From: Schmidtea polychroa
Taxonomy: Eukaryota
Direction of reading: 5' to 3'
Assembly (NCBI GenBank): GCA_044892525.1
Contig: CM097888.1
Location: forward strand, 52,142,001 to 52,206,000
Length of the DNA stretch: 64,000 bases
This document shows, one piece after another, positions 36,201-51,200 of this stretch. The notes below the pieces were generated by a model. It ran no database searches, was not told the DNA's origin, and saw nothing but the letters and a program-made list of their open reading frames with translations. Position 1 is the first letter of the stretch. Each line of letters starts with the position of its first letter. The translations under genes were made by a program, and so were the position numbers.

Positions 36201-39200
36201 AAATAGTGTTTAAAAATTCAAATGGTATAATAAAAATTCCATATTAATAATTTTCAGAATTATGATCTGTCAACATAAACAATGTGATTATATAATAAAA
36301 ACAAGAAATGTTTAGTCGAATTTCAAAAAATAAATAATTATGATTTTGTATAGTTATAAATTACGTATCGATGAATAATTAAAACAAATTATCTAAGAAA
36401 TTTATTATATTTTAGTACGTTTATTAGTTGAGACTAAAAATCATAATTATGTACCGTATCTCATTGCCTTCAACCTTTGAGTTTTTTCATTTCTAGGGAA
36501 TATGTAATATTTACCATAATCAGAAAACGTAAAACCATCAGTTAGAAAGTAGTATAATGCAGTCTAAATAAAAAATTGCAACTTTCGATAGCACTTAAAC
36601 AAAAAACTAATTCATTTTAAACAAATTATTCTAACCTCAAATTTATACGGGAAATCAGAACCGGCTGTAAAATTTGATCCTATTACGCTAACAAGTTCCA
36701 TAAAATTAGAGGTTTCCCAAGGTATTTGAAAGTTTCTAGTTGGAAATTTTTGGAGATAATATTCATTCATATTATATAATAAACAATTTATATGTTCAAG
36801 GTCATCGAATAACGATAATTGGGTTTTTAAATTTTTATCAGCTTTACTAATAGTATCACAAATTTTCTAAAGTTAATTAAGCTTTAATTAAATATAAAAA
36901 GTAATGTCATATAAATAATTCCGAACTTTAATTTGTAAATTTAAATTTAACCCATCATACTTATTTACTATAGCTCAATTTTATTCATGAAATTTTGAAT
37001 TTCATAAATGGACCTAAACTTTTCCAGAAACAACTTTAAAAAACTTCAATTGAAGAAAAATTACACTGTGGCTGAATATAGAATTTTTTGCATTAAATTT
37101 AGTATTGTCAATAAAATACACGATTCCAATAGAGGAAATTAAATTTTAAAATTACCACAATGAAAGTGATTAATTGTCGATTCTCGCGTCTGTGTGAGCT
37201 TTTTACTTTGTTGATTTGAATTGTGTGCGCACACAGACGCGGACAATTGTGAATGTTATTATGTGTGTTTTTTTGGATCGATTTGAATTTGCTTTTGATT
37301 GTTGGAATTTTTTGAATTCCTGTCCTGTTGGAAAAATATATGATTTTTCATATTATTCGTTATAACTCAATGGGAAATAATGATGACGCCTTGAATGCTT
37401 CTCATATTATTCGTCATGTTCCTGTTGAAAATACTACAAACGAAACTGATGGTTCCTTTTTTATGACTCCAAGAGATCCTGATAACTTTAATAGTGTTTT
37501 TGGCCAACTAATATCAAATTTATTTGGTGGATTGCTGCCGCAGGATTTTAGATCTGATTCGTCAGATTACATGTTTTCAGATCAAAGTTTTGACAAGTGT
37601 GTAACGAGTATTAAGAATCAATTTGAACAAAGTGGTCCTCCACTAGCAAATGAGGCTGATATTGAGAATTACAAGTCAAGAAAATCAACGCAGCTAATGA
37701 TACAGGTTTCAGTTGTCTGTCAGATTATGAGGTGGCTGATGAAGTGTACGAGTTACTCCGTCGAGAAACGCGGACGATTATACTAAGAACCAAGCTTCAA
37801 AGGACAATTAAACAGAAAGTCTGATAAAACAAAAATAATTTTCAGAAAATCTGATAACAACAAAATCCATATTTAGCATGAACACCAACAAAAAGTACAT
37901 AAAAAAGTGAGCACCAAGAAAAAGACAAAACACGTATCAGATCTCATGCACAATTATCCAAAAATGAAAAAAGTGTAAACCATGCACAAAATCGATCGTC
38001 ATTTTCCTTACTATTGTATCGTAATTCTGAAATCAAAAAATTTTGAGTCGAAATTTTGAGACCGATGTCGAAATCAAATGGGAACGGCAATGTACAGAAG
38101 AATTGGAAAGTATACTTCATGTAGCAAAATGCTTTAATTAATAACGAATTATGAAAAGAAACTATTCTAGTATATGTGCAACTTTATAGTTGAAATGTTA
38201 TAGAATGTTATTAAATAATTTCATATTAACTCATCCTTAAATTCTTTATATTTAATTAATAACTATTAGAAACATAAATAAAATATTGAAGTTTGGACGT
38301 AAAAATATTTAATTTATCTCCTGAATACACAGTAAACCAGATAAGTTAGTTTTCTAGTGTGAAGACAACAAATAAGAAATAGATTAATCAACAACTTATA
38401 AAAACACAATAAGAGAGAAGATGATTAATAATTAATATAGTGATTAATAATTATGAATGGAAGATATCTTAGAGTCGAAAACTTCTTTTCGACTACCAAA
38501 CGAATTAGAAATATGAAATATTGAGGGAAAATGAAGAATAGAATAAAATTATGGATTATCAACAGAATATAAGCTAAATAAAATATCCGTGAAGCTTCCA
38601 TTTGTGAGAATAAACTACATTTCTTCAAAATAAATATTTGATAGGGCACATAAGAAATTATTTGACCTAAAATCTATATATTTCTGATTTACATTTACAA
38701 AACTGAGTTTTCTGAATCTAGTGAAGAAAGAATTTGCATTAGTATACATTAGATCAGTGTTTCTCAGACTTTTCTCGCTCGCGACACACATGCTCAAAAA
38801 TCAAAAATTTTTGATTATCCAATGATATATAAAGTTACTTGTTAGAAGAAGACATAGTTTCACAGAAATCTTTATTCACTACAAAAATCTAAACGGAACA
38901 CACAATCGTTATACTATTTATAGTACATTGAATTGCGTAATCTACAAAGGGGAGAATTATTAGTTTAAGTGATACTGTTGACACAGAAGACAAACATACT
39001 TACTTAATTTATACAAGCATTCCCGCATCATTCAATAGATATCAAGGTCTAGTGACCTGGTTATGTAAGTAATTCGTTGGAAATTATTATATCATCTTAC
39101 ATCCCCTCCATTTAAAACTTTTGATCCATTCTACATTTCGAATTATTTCTTTGCCTTGCTTATTCTTTAGAACATAGCTTCTGTCATGTCGTTTTCCTGT

Positions 39201-42200
39201 TATTTCATAAGGCCCTTCATAACGTTCATCCATCTTTCTAGTATTTTCTTTTTTAACCAATACTTGGTCTCCAACTTCAAAATTCCTATAATTTTGTGTA
39301 ATTAAATTCTTTTCTATGTTTTGTTTATGTTTAATTCCCTCCACGATCTCCCTTCTCCGATTATTAGCATCATTATTTTGTATATCCAAATTCTCTTTTT
39401 CCATCTATTGTCTACAAATATTCCGCCCAAATATTATTTCAGAGGGCGAAAATCCGGTTGTCTGCTGTATCGTCGCATTTAACATAAATTCCACATCTGG
39501 CAATATTTCTGCCCAATCTTTATGCCGTTTGTCTTTTAACGTAATTGCAACTGCATCCCTTATAGTTCTAAATTGCCTCTCCAATAAACCGTTTGTACTA
39601 TGATGATATGGGCTTGAATATATTATTGCAATATGATGCGTTTTCAACACTTCTAAAAGGAGTTGAGATTCAAATGTTTTTCCTCTATCGGAGTGAATGA
39701 TTTTAGGGGCACCAAATTTCAAAATCCAATTTTCTCTTAAAATCTTTGCCGTCGTCTTTTCATCCTGATGAGCAACTGCCGTCAATGATATATACCTACT
39801 GAATTGATCAATTATAGCTAAAATATATTGTTTTCCATGAATTGTTTTCTTAAATGGTCCGCAGAAATCAATAAATATCTCTTTGAAAACTTCATCTGTA
39901 CTCTGTTTAATCAGCGGTTCTTTTGTTCGTCTTGTCCACGTCTTCCGTTTCTGACACTGTTCACAATTTTCAATCACTCTTCTAACTTCATTTTCACTAA
40001 TTTTCATTTTCATATTTTCCGTGCATATTCGTAAATTTTTTTTACCCCTGCGTGACATAAGTCTTTATGTATATTAAAAATTATACCTTCATTATTTACT
40101 TTTATTTCTTGGTCCATATTTTCTATGGCCAATATTTTAGTTTTATTTTTATCTACCTTGGCGTTTTCATGAACTGTTTGGCACTGACTACATGAAGTAC
40201 AGTCTTTCCTTGATAGGGCATCTGCGTTAGCATGCAATTCTCCTTTTCTGTATTCTAATTTGATATCTAGCCCACTTAAATAGTTAATCCATGTCTGGAA
40301 TTGTGCTGTAATTGGCTTTTTTGTATTTATCATAAAGGTTATAGCTTTATGATCGGTTCTTAAAGTAAATCTTTTTCCATATAGATAGTGTTTGAAATGC
40401 TGAGTAAAATGATAGATTGCAAGCAATTCCTTTCGCGTAATGCAGTAACCGATTTCGTGCTTATTCATTGTCTTTGATCCATATGCAATAACTTGTTCTT
40501 GTCCATTACTACTCAACTGCGAAAGCACTCCCCCAATCGTATCGAAACTAGCATCTGTATCTAAAATAAAGGTTTTTCGTAAATCCGGAAATCCTAGTAC
40601 TGGGGTAGACGTTAACGCTTTCTTTAGAGTGTTGAAATTTGTTTCACATTCTTCAGTCCATATAAGTTTATCTTTGTTAGACCCACATAACCTTTCTAAT
40701 GGTCTTGCATACTTGGCGTAATCTTTAACAAATTTTCGATAATAATTTGTTAAGCCTAGAAAGCTTCTTAAACGTTTAATACATTTTGGTTTTTCATATT
40801 CTTGCATTGCTTTTATCTTTTCATAATCTGTCTTAATACCATTTTTATTTATAATGTGTCCCAAAAATTTTATTTCTAGTTTGTTAAAACAACATTTTTC
40901 TAAGCTTATTTTCAAACCAGCTTCTTGAATCTTTCGAAAAACTCTTTCTAGTCTTTTTTTATGTTCGATTTCATTGTCTGCAAATATAAGGATATCGTCT
41001 AAATAAACAATTGCTTCTCTCCAATTAAGATCACCCAAAACTTGAGTCATTAATTTTTGAAAAGTTGCTGGGGCAGCTGCAATTCCAAAAGGCATTTGGT
41101 TAAAACAATATTGACCATCTTTTGTTGAAAATGCAGTCTTTATTTTTGATTCCTCTTCTAATTCCACTTGATAATAAGCATTACCAAGATCGATAGTGCT
41201 AAATATCTGTGCTCCATTTAGGATATCCATCATCTCTTCAATATTTGGTATTGGAAATCGAGGTCTCTCCGTAATTGCATTTAGTGCCCGAAAATCCAAA
41301 CATATTCTAATATCTGATTTATTCTTTTTTAACACACATACCAATGGGCTATTCCACACCGAGTCACATTTTTTTATAATTCCTGCTTCTTCCATGTCTT
41401 TTAGCATTTCTTGTATTTTGTGAGCAATATGAATCGGCTGACGTCTAGGATTAATTGTCACTGGGCTACCTCTAGTAACTATCTTATGTTTAATTAACTG
41501 TGTTTTTCCTACATCCCATTTATTTTTCATGAATATATCCGAAAATTCTTTAAGTAATTTATTAATCGTTGGGTCGATAATTCCTTTCAAATTGTTTTCC
41601 TCTAAATTCATTAATTGATTTTTTAATTTTACTTTAGTTACTGCCTGTAATTTAATATCAAAACAATTCATCATTTCTACGCCTGCAATTACGCTCGGGT
41701 TAATCTTATTTGCCACAAAGAATCTTATTACCAATTCTAATCCCGAAATTCTCACTTTTAGTAATATTGTTCCTATGATTTTAAGTGTGCTCTCGTTTGC
41801 ACATGTAACCATAATATTGGATTCCCCTATTTTATCACGCATCTTTAATTTACTAACAACATCTTCGCTAATCACGTTTATTCTAGCCCCGGTATCCAAA
41901 AGACAATCAACTTTTATTTTATTTTCCAGCCAAATACCTACACTAGGTCTGCCATTCATTCTTTCGTAAACGAATTTAGGTGCAAAAGGTCTTTCTTTAT
42001 TTTCATTAACTTTATTATTAATTATATCGATACTCATAATCTTATCAATTTTATTATTAATTTCATAAAAACTATATTCAAAATAATTTTCAAAGTCAAA
42101 ACATTCACAATCATTCATAATTACATCATTAATTTTTAAATCATCTTTAAATTCATTCATTACGGAAATCTTGAAATCACAAGCATTCAAATTCAAACAT

Positions 42201-45200
42201 TCTGTGTCAACAATATACTTACTTAAACCAAATTTATGGCTCCTAGCAACTCCCTTGAAACTGGAGCCTCCCCTTTTAGCTGTTCGCAATCTTTTTGCAT
42301 GTCATCCTGTTGAATCAGCTCTCCTTCCTCGTATTCGTAGTCGTATATCGCATTGCATTGTCTTCGATGTGGTCCTCTGTCTGAAGATTGGTTTCTGCTT
42401 TGATATTGTCCTCTGGATCCAAATTGTTTTTGATTTCTATCATAATTTCTTCCGTTGTAATATGCTTCTGTTTTAACTGAATTTCTTCTGATGTCCCAAC
42501 ATTGATACTTGAAATGACCATTTTTGGAACATTGAGAGCATTTTACGTTTGGGCATTCTGCTCGAATATGTCCTTGCTCTCCACACGCCCAACATCTCTG
42601 CAGTTTAAATCGCCTGGTCCCGTTCTTCCAGTCACTTTTATTTGGCATATTGAAGTTCGCAGCCTCATTGGTTCTAGAGTTAGAAAATATTGACGTCTTA
42701 TTCTGTTGGTACAACTGAGTTTTTCTCGGACTTTTGACTGTCTCCGCATATGATTTATTTTCATGTAGAGATGCTAATGATTGTTCACTTGAAAGCTCTT
42801 TTTGAATTTCTTCCATTCTTGATATCACTTCCTTGGCCTTATCTACTGATTTAACTTCTCTTAATTTCAATTCTTTTTTTGTTTCCATATCTTCCATTGC
42901 ATTCTGCATTAAAAATAACATTGATGCCGGTTTTGTTAATTTGTGTCGAAGAACATTGTCGACGAGCTTTTCCACTTTATTGAAAAATTCGGTGCACGAG
43001 TCATTTCCTTTTCGATATCTTAAAGCTGCGTCTAGATCCATGGCTAGGTTTTTCTTTGGCTCGAACGCTTTTCTTAATCTTTCTTCATAGCCTGAATAAT
43101 CGCTCTGTACTTCTTCATATTTCTGGATCAACTCTACCGACAGAAAGGCCTTAGTAACAATTTCTTGAATTTCTTGCGGTTGTTGAGTGAATTCGAAAAA
43201 TCTCTTCAATTCCAAAATAAAAATTTCTAAATCACCATTTGGCAGCAATTGATTAGGTGGCTTGATATAGTTCTGGAGTCCTGGCGTGGTCGCCATGTTA
43301 GAAAAAGACATAGTTTCACAGAAATATTTATTCACTACAAAAATCTAAACGGAACACACAATCGTTATACTATTTATAGTACATTGAATTGCGTAATCTA
43401 CAAAAGGGAGAATTATTAGTTTAAGTGATACTGTTGACACAGAAGACAAACATACTCACTTAATTTAGTTATACAAGCATTCCCGCATCATTCAATAGAT
43501 ATCAAGGTCTAGTGACCTGGTTATGTAAGTAATTCTTTGGAAATTATTATATCATCTTACAATAGATAGTATATATTTATCACTCGATCCATAATACTTT
43601 TATTAAATTTCGAAAACCAATACTTTCAAATTATACAATTTAGTACATTTTTCTGTAGATGCTGTGATAGCAATTGTTTTAAAAGTGCACAAAGCTAATT
43701 TTGTAATTTTAATTCTATTATTAAATTATTATTATATATTTATACAAATCATACCAGAAAAAAATTAAATATTTCGTAAGTATTGATAATTAAATCATTT
43801 ACAATTACAATCACAATTACTTTATTTAGAACTTAAAGTAAAGGGCTAAAGATGTCTGAAAATACCAAACCAAATGAGTATCAGAATTGTTGGCTAGAAT
43901 TTGAAAGAAGTGAAGACCGAAATATGGTAATATGTAAATATTGCAAAAGTGAAATTAATTGCAAAGGATCAACAACAACTGGATTACACCGGCATTTAAC
44001 AGCAAAACATGGTATGACCAAGACTTTGCAGGCTGGAAATATAGGTTGCAAACGTATGAGAAGCAGTGCTACTACGAGCATAAATAATTATTTTAAACCA
44101 AAAAGTACACAATCACAAAGTCTTGGGGAAATTGTTTCAAAACTAGCAGCGTTCGACAATATTCCCATTCAAAAGATTTCAAAATGTGAATTTATTCGAA
44201 ATAGTTTAGAATTACAAGGATTTGTTTTACCAAAATATCCAACGGATATAATGAATATAATTTATAAATATTACAATGAAAAAAAAGATGATATTGTCAA
44301 TAAAATAAAACTAATAAAATCGAAAAATCAAAAAATTTCTTTAAGTATTGACGAGTGGACCAGTTTTAGGAACCGACGATATTTAAATATACATATATAT
44401 TATAATGCAAGTGGTATGTCGGAAAATCTAGGACTAGTTCGTATACATGGTAGCTGCCCGGCAGATAAAATGGTCGATTTAGTAAATGAAAAGTTAAATT
44501 CATTTAATATTAGTTTTGATAAAGATATTATTGCCACTACAAGTGATGGTGCAAGCGTTATGGTAAAATTTGGAACTTTATTACCAGCTTTGTTGCAGCT
44601 ATGTTACAATCATGCTTTACATTTGGCAGTACTTAAAATATTTTATTCAAATAAAAATAATGAACATGAACATTCTTCAGATTCTGATTCATCAGATGAT
44701 GTTGAAGACAATTTATTTTCAGATGAAGATAATAATTTAACACAGGAAACATTTTTATTGAATGATATAGATGATATAAAACTAACAATTCATAAAATTC
44801 GAATAATTGTTAAAAAATTAAAAATTCCCCTGTACGAAATTCTGTTCTTCAAAAATATGTAAATGAAGTAGAAAATAAAGATCTACATTTATTACTTGAC
44901 TGCAAAACAAGATGGAATAGTATGATCACAATGATAGAACGATTTTTAAGGTTGATTGAACCAATAAAAAAAACGCTAATAGATTTAAATTTTTATGATT
45001 TATGGGATAATAATTTTACTCTTAAAGCAAAAAATATTTTAGAAGCGTTAAAACCAGTAGAAATTGCTGTTGAAGCATTATCCAGACAAGACACAAATTT
45101 ATTAACATCGGAAGGAATATTAAGATTTTTGTTCGAATCGTTGACTGAGCAGAGTACACATTTAAAAGCCGTATTACTTACTGAAATAACAGATCAAATT

Positions 45201-48200
45201 TCAAAAAGGAGAAATGTACCTTTAGTCTCATAAATTAAATTTTTAAATAATCCCAATTCCTTAAATGCTGATGCAAAAGATTTTTTCAAATCTGCTTCGA
45301 AAAATGAAATGTTAAAAGTAGCAAAATCTATTATGCTGAAAATTAATAAAAATGATGGTGATGGTGAAGGAGCTGTTGTTGTTTTTTTCTTTGAAATTTT
45401 CTTGTTTTCTCATTTTTTATAAACTATTTCCGATTCTTTAATTTCTCGGGAAATTTCCCGGGTCCTGAAATTTCTTGAACGAGACTCTCGCTTTCTCGAG
45501 AATCATAATATTGCAAAAAACGAGACTCTCGGATTCTCGAGAAATGAAAAAAGTTGAGAAATCCCAATCTCTAAATGTTTTAAGCTAAATAAATTTTATA
45601 TTCAATTTAGGTTAGTTGTTTAATTGTTTAATTTTCATTTAGTTTTTAAGTTTTGAATAATAATTTGTGTTGGGTTTAAATTTTTATGTTTATTAATTGT
45701 GAAGAATAGTTACAGTGTAGTGGAAATTCAGCATACCATGGCGTGGGGTACCTTTCGGATGCTCAGGCTGGAGGGTAGACTGATTTTTCAATCACTCAGC
45801 TGATTTTTGGCCGAAATGTGGAGGCTTCTCCACGGGTCCGTCGCTGGAAGTAACTTTGGTCAAACATAGGTTAGAACTAGAAATACAGACAAATCCCTGC
45901 TCAAATTTTTTGAAAAATAATTTAAATATTATGGGAAGTGTGGATTAACTTGGAAATAAGGGCCCATCCCTGCTGACACAGAAGACAAACATACTTACTT
46001 AATTTAGTTATACAAGCATTCCCGCATCATTCAATAGATATCAAGGTCTAGTGACCTGGTTATGTAAGTAATTCGTTGGAAATTATTATATCATCTTACA
46101 CTACTTTTTAGTTTATAATAATAAAATATGTTTACGAGAGATTTTTATAAGGTAATAAAAACAATTAAAAATAATTAAAATTAAAAATAAGTTTTTTAGT
46201 TAATTTTTATATTAGCTAAATTTTGAAATTAAATGAATTAGTTTGACAAATGTGCCTGTTTCTGAGAGCAGATCAAATTGAAACAAGGCTCTATTTCAGA
46301 TAAGCAAGCTCGTATTTCCTCATCAATTTTCAGTAATCTTTCCCTCTTTTTGGATTTAATTTCGGTTAGAGCCAAAAATCCAAATTCACAAAACCAAGAA
46401 GAAGCATTGCTTCTGAAGCAAAGGGTAGTAATATTTTAATTACTTTCATGCCAATTTTTGGATATGATTCGTTTCTGAAAAGGACTACTGGTAAAGCCTA
46501 TCGTTTCTTAAGTCGATTAATTCCTCTTCTTCGTTGGTTGATAGTTAACGTTCCATGCACACCAAACGGAATAATCACCCAAATGTGCTCGTCAACCGAT
46601 AGTGATGGGAAATAATGCAGAATTGCTGATTGGAGGCTGGATATTGTGATTAAAATATCAGATTTTATATTACTCTTCAATCTCTATTCATTAACAGAGG
46701 GAAAACAATTGAATTTTTCATTTGATACTGTGCTTTTCCAAAGAGTTAGTCTCTGACCAAATGATTTCAATTTTGATGTTAAGGAAATAATGTTTTCCAC
46801 TGGCCCCTGAAGACTTAAATTCAGAGAATTTAATTTATCAAATAAATCTGAAAGAAACTGAATTTTAAGCCACCAGTTATCATCAATAAGCGAAAAATCT
46901 AAATCTATGCTTTCAGCATCTAAAAATAAAATCACTTGAGCTTTGAGATGAACAAGCCGGTTCAAAACTTTTCCTTTCGAGAGCCAACAAACTTCAGTGT
47001 GATATAACAACGACTTGAAGTCGGAATCCCTTGCGTCGCATAATTGAGCGAAAAGACGGGATTGAATGGGGCTAGATTTAATAAATTTTACTGCCATGAC
47101 TGCTTGATTCAAACCAATTTGCAAATTTTCGGGTAGTGCTTTGGCTACAAGCGCTTTTAGATGAATCATACAATGCGTGGTAATTACGCTGTTAATTTTC
47201 TTTCAACACCAGCGCCGCAAATCGTGTTTTTGCCTCTATTTGATGGGCAGCCTTCGGTCCAAATACTGATGCAATTGCTCCATTTAAGGTTCGATAGTAA
47301 AATGTTTTCGTTTACCATTTCAAAAATATTTTCGCCTTTTGTAGAGCCTTTAAAATCCTTCAAAATAAAAATTCGTTTGCGAATTTCCCACATTTGATGA
47401 ATCTAATGAATGATAAAAGTTGTACCTTTCGAATAATATCAGTTGATTCGTCGACTTGAAGAGACCACATAAGCATTTATTCATCACTAGTGATCTAAAA
47501 ATGTTCACAAACCTGAAGCTTTAAATCCGAAGATGTCTTCGATTCTGCGAGCTATAGTGTCGTTTGACAGTGGTACTTTCTGAACTTTTTCAGCTCCATC
47601 AGCACCAAGAATGGTTTCTACGACGATCGCCAATGCAGGTGCGATGATCATTTCGGCCTCGGTGTGCGATTTCTTACGCTTCACGAGCAAATGTTCGCTT
47701 TTATAGCTGGCAACCAGAGCCCTTTCACTGACCTTTAAAAAGTTCTGAAATTGGCGACTTGCTTATTTTACTGTGCCGCAAGACCATTAAAATAATCTAC
47801 TGGACAGTCCTTAACGGCTGGATGCCTTGAATTGAGATGTATTTTAAGCTTGCTCGGAACAAGCGCCTCGTTAGACAAAGCCGCATTGCATATTAAAAAA
47901 AACGGAACTTGATTTCCATTGGAATCTGATGCTATGAATCGATATTTAATGTACTCAGATTTGAATTTTCATTTTACTCCTTCCCATGGCTAAATAAAGA
48001 AATCCATTGATAAGTTCTAATGAAAAATCAAATTATGAGCATTTAATATTTTTTAAAAGATAAGCTAAAATATTTCTATCTTAAAGCTGTAATACTATTG
48101 AAAAATTTATAATATCATAATTATTGTAAATTTATTTATTTAAAAATATACAAGCAAACTTCATAAAAAAACCAGCCTATTTTTAATTTAATTTTTCAAT

Positions 48201-51200
48201 AAGTTTTTATTTTATTTTAATATTTTTTGTTCTTTAAATTCTAATAAAAAAAATTGGTAGTTCTTTATAAATAAATTTTTATTTTTGTATACTCCTCTTT
48301 TTGGGAAATTTTTTGTAATTTTGATCCACAGAAGCGACTTTTTCATAGTAAAAAAGCTTGAAATAGTTTTTGTAAATTTTTTTTATTACTAATTTTTTGG
48401 AGTAAAAGTCTCGCGGCACACCATTTGAGAAACACTGCATTAGGTAGACGTCTCAATTTTACGTTATATATCTCTACACGTTAGTTTGCGTTATCGAGTT
48501 CTATTTATACATTCAACAGATATTTTATGGAATTTAAAAGGTATCTTATTTCTTTAAAAATAATTAAATAAACTGCAAAATTATGTAACAGTAAGTTAAT
48601 TTTAGTATAAAAATGCAAAAGTTTTATGATCATTGACTATTCAGAAATCAATTTAATCAATTGTCTTAAAATATATTTCGGTAACAGTTAAGTATTGGGG
48701 AGAAACAAATAATCTTAAATTGAATTATCCTATTAAAATTATTAAAAAAATAATAAAATTGAATAATCTTATTATTTTAATATTTTATTATTTGTTTTTT
48801 ACCCTTCCCTTAACTATTACCAATATTTTTATTAATGTACCAATTAACACGAAAATAACCATAAATTACTTTGTATTCTTCTTGAAAGCCGGGAGAATCG
48901 ATGGTAAAATTTTGATCAAATTCAACAACACCATGACAAGAGTAATTCCAATATTCACATCTACTATAATCAAGCCTCCTTATTCCAAATAATAATATAA
49001 CTTGTAAATTTTCATCAACATGTTCTTTAGCAAAGTAATTGCTTTTTAAATATTCCATTCGACTGTGTGAAAATCTCGGTACAAAGAGTGAGGGAAATTC
49101 TTCAGTAACTCTTATTTGTATAACACATAAAACACTACCAATTGCTAATAGACCGAAAATAACGAGTATAACATATTTAACGAATTTATACTTTAGGAAA
49201 TTATAATAGTTAACTTTGAAAAGTTTTGTGACAAAAATGAATATCTTATCGGGTTTCAATACATTATGGAATTTGTTATGATAAATAACAATGACAGATG
49301 GAAGATAAAACAACAGAGAAATATAGTTAATAACTACCAGCAAGGCTACGAACACGCCAAATGAAAAGATTGTTAACAACTTTGTCCAAGCAAGAGTCAA
49401 AAAAGCTAATGCTGTAGTAACACTCGTTATAAACATGGACCACCCAACACCTAAATAAGTTCTATATAATCTATTTTCTAATGACAAGAAGGGAATTTCT
49501 TCAAAAGATTTCCAACGATCATAAAATACATAGAGATTGTCACATCCTAATCCCAGTATGAGAAATATTGATAAAACATGAAAAATTCCAAAAAACTTAA
49601 TACCTAAAACTATAGTGTGGATAAAATTAGAAATGCAAAATGTTGTAAATATACTAAAAATTTCAAAAAAAGTGATGAAAATGCTTTTAGTTTGAATATA
49701 GGTGAAAAAATATACATATACAAGACTGCCTAAAGTGAAATAGATATCTTTAAAAACTTGACCCAACAATAATTCTCCTAGCAAATATTTATAGTCCATA
49801 TATATGTATAAACGCGAATAATATTCATTATATATATTATTATATTCATTCATAATTATTTTCTTTGCAGAAAATCCAATGGAAGAAACTTTTGTTTCGG
49901 ATTTAATACACCGAGCAACATATTTACCATTCTTTTTTCCAAAATCCTTACTAACAGAACTTTGAAATATTCTCTTGTAAATATTATTTGCTAGAACTTT
50001 ATCAATAGTTTCATCTAAATTCGGAAACGTTGAGTCATTTCCATTATTTTGAAGTAAAATATCAACTACAGTTGAATATCGTAAACAAGGTCCAATGCAT
50101 GATTTTGTTTCATCAAAAAGATTCAAATATTTGCTATAGATCTCATTAATTGTTCGTAAATTATCAGGAGTAAGAATATTTCCATCCACAGAATCGTAAT
50201 AGAATCGAAAATCTTGCGTTTCCATACTGAACCCGTACCTTATTTGAACGGAATGATCAAACCTATACATAAATGATAAACGATCCATGAACTCCCAAGT
50301 TTTATAACATTGATATGGTTCATAATTAACATCATACATGGGAATATCGTTAAATGCCAAATAGAACACCTTTACTAAACCTGTGGCTGTAAAGACTATG
50401 GTAAGAAGAAGAAAAAAAACATGTATCGAAAGTCCAACTCCTGAAATTGTTTTTAAAAAATTGAAAAGTTTACAAAATCTATTATATTTAATAATAAATT
50501 TATTTATATTTAAATTTTGACATGACATCAAATGTAAAATTATCAAAATAATAATAGAAAACGTAACATAAATTAGTAATTAAGAATTGTAAACTTTTAC
50601 TGCAAGTTTGCAAAAGAGAAATATCGGTTAAATAATTATAGTTATTTTCAGTGGCGTAACTAGGGTGGGGCAGATGGGGCGGCCCATCCGGGCGCCAGCT
50701 CCTGGGGGCGCAAAATCGATAAAATATTTAATTTTTATACTTAATATATTTAGATATAAAATAAACTAATAACTGATATATACATACATTAGCCTTATGT
50801 GATTAAAATTGTTTGCACAATAAAAAAGTAACAAAATTTATACACCTCTAAAAATTATTATATAAAATAGAGCCCTAAGGATTTTTTTTTGTTTTGTCAA
50901 TTGTTTTTTACAATAAATATTTAAAAAAAATAATTTTATTTTTTTTATAAAAAAAGGACACGGGAAAAATTTTTTTACCGACATCTGTCGAATTTTATCG
51001 CGCCTTTTATTTTCTACTGTTCTTTTTTGAATTTTAACGGATTACTTGTTTTGTCCACCCTAAGATTTGAACCTTAAACTTTGAATTTACGCATGTATTT
51101 TTTCTTTCATTAAAAATATTCGTTACATAAGAAATTCAAACTTCTAATAAAAATATTATTATAAACAAAAATAAATGAGAATTAATTTATTTTTATCTTA

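Larger units (their letters stand above)
38755..48437 (-). mobile_element. Buster/Charlie-family hAT element (transposase pseudogene ~46240-48007) interrupted by a 7.3-kb nest
   Basis: TIR CAGTGTTTCTCA at 38755 and TGAGAAACACTG ending at 48437; TSD CATTAGAT/CATTAGGT with central TA; motifs LSNEALVPSKLK.HL, PLSNDTIARRI, YHTEVCWLSKGKVL. Confidence 0.9.

Noticed and set aside
38840-43561. G3 as an active autonomous retrotransposon
   Set aside because: Integrase has a frameshift and a nonsense codon, the RH-IN linker is shortened relative to G2, and the two LTRs do not share a TSD.
45716-45880. Hammerhead ribozyme in the GC-rich core of the 592-bp repeat
   Set aside because: No correctly spaced CTGANGA...GAAA core on either strand.
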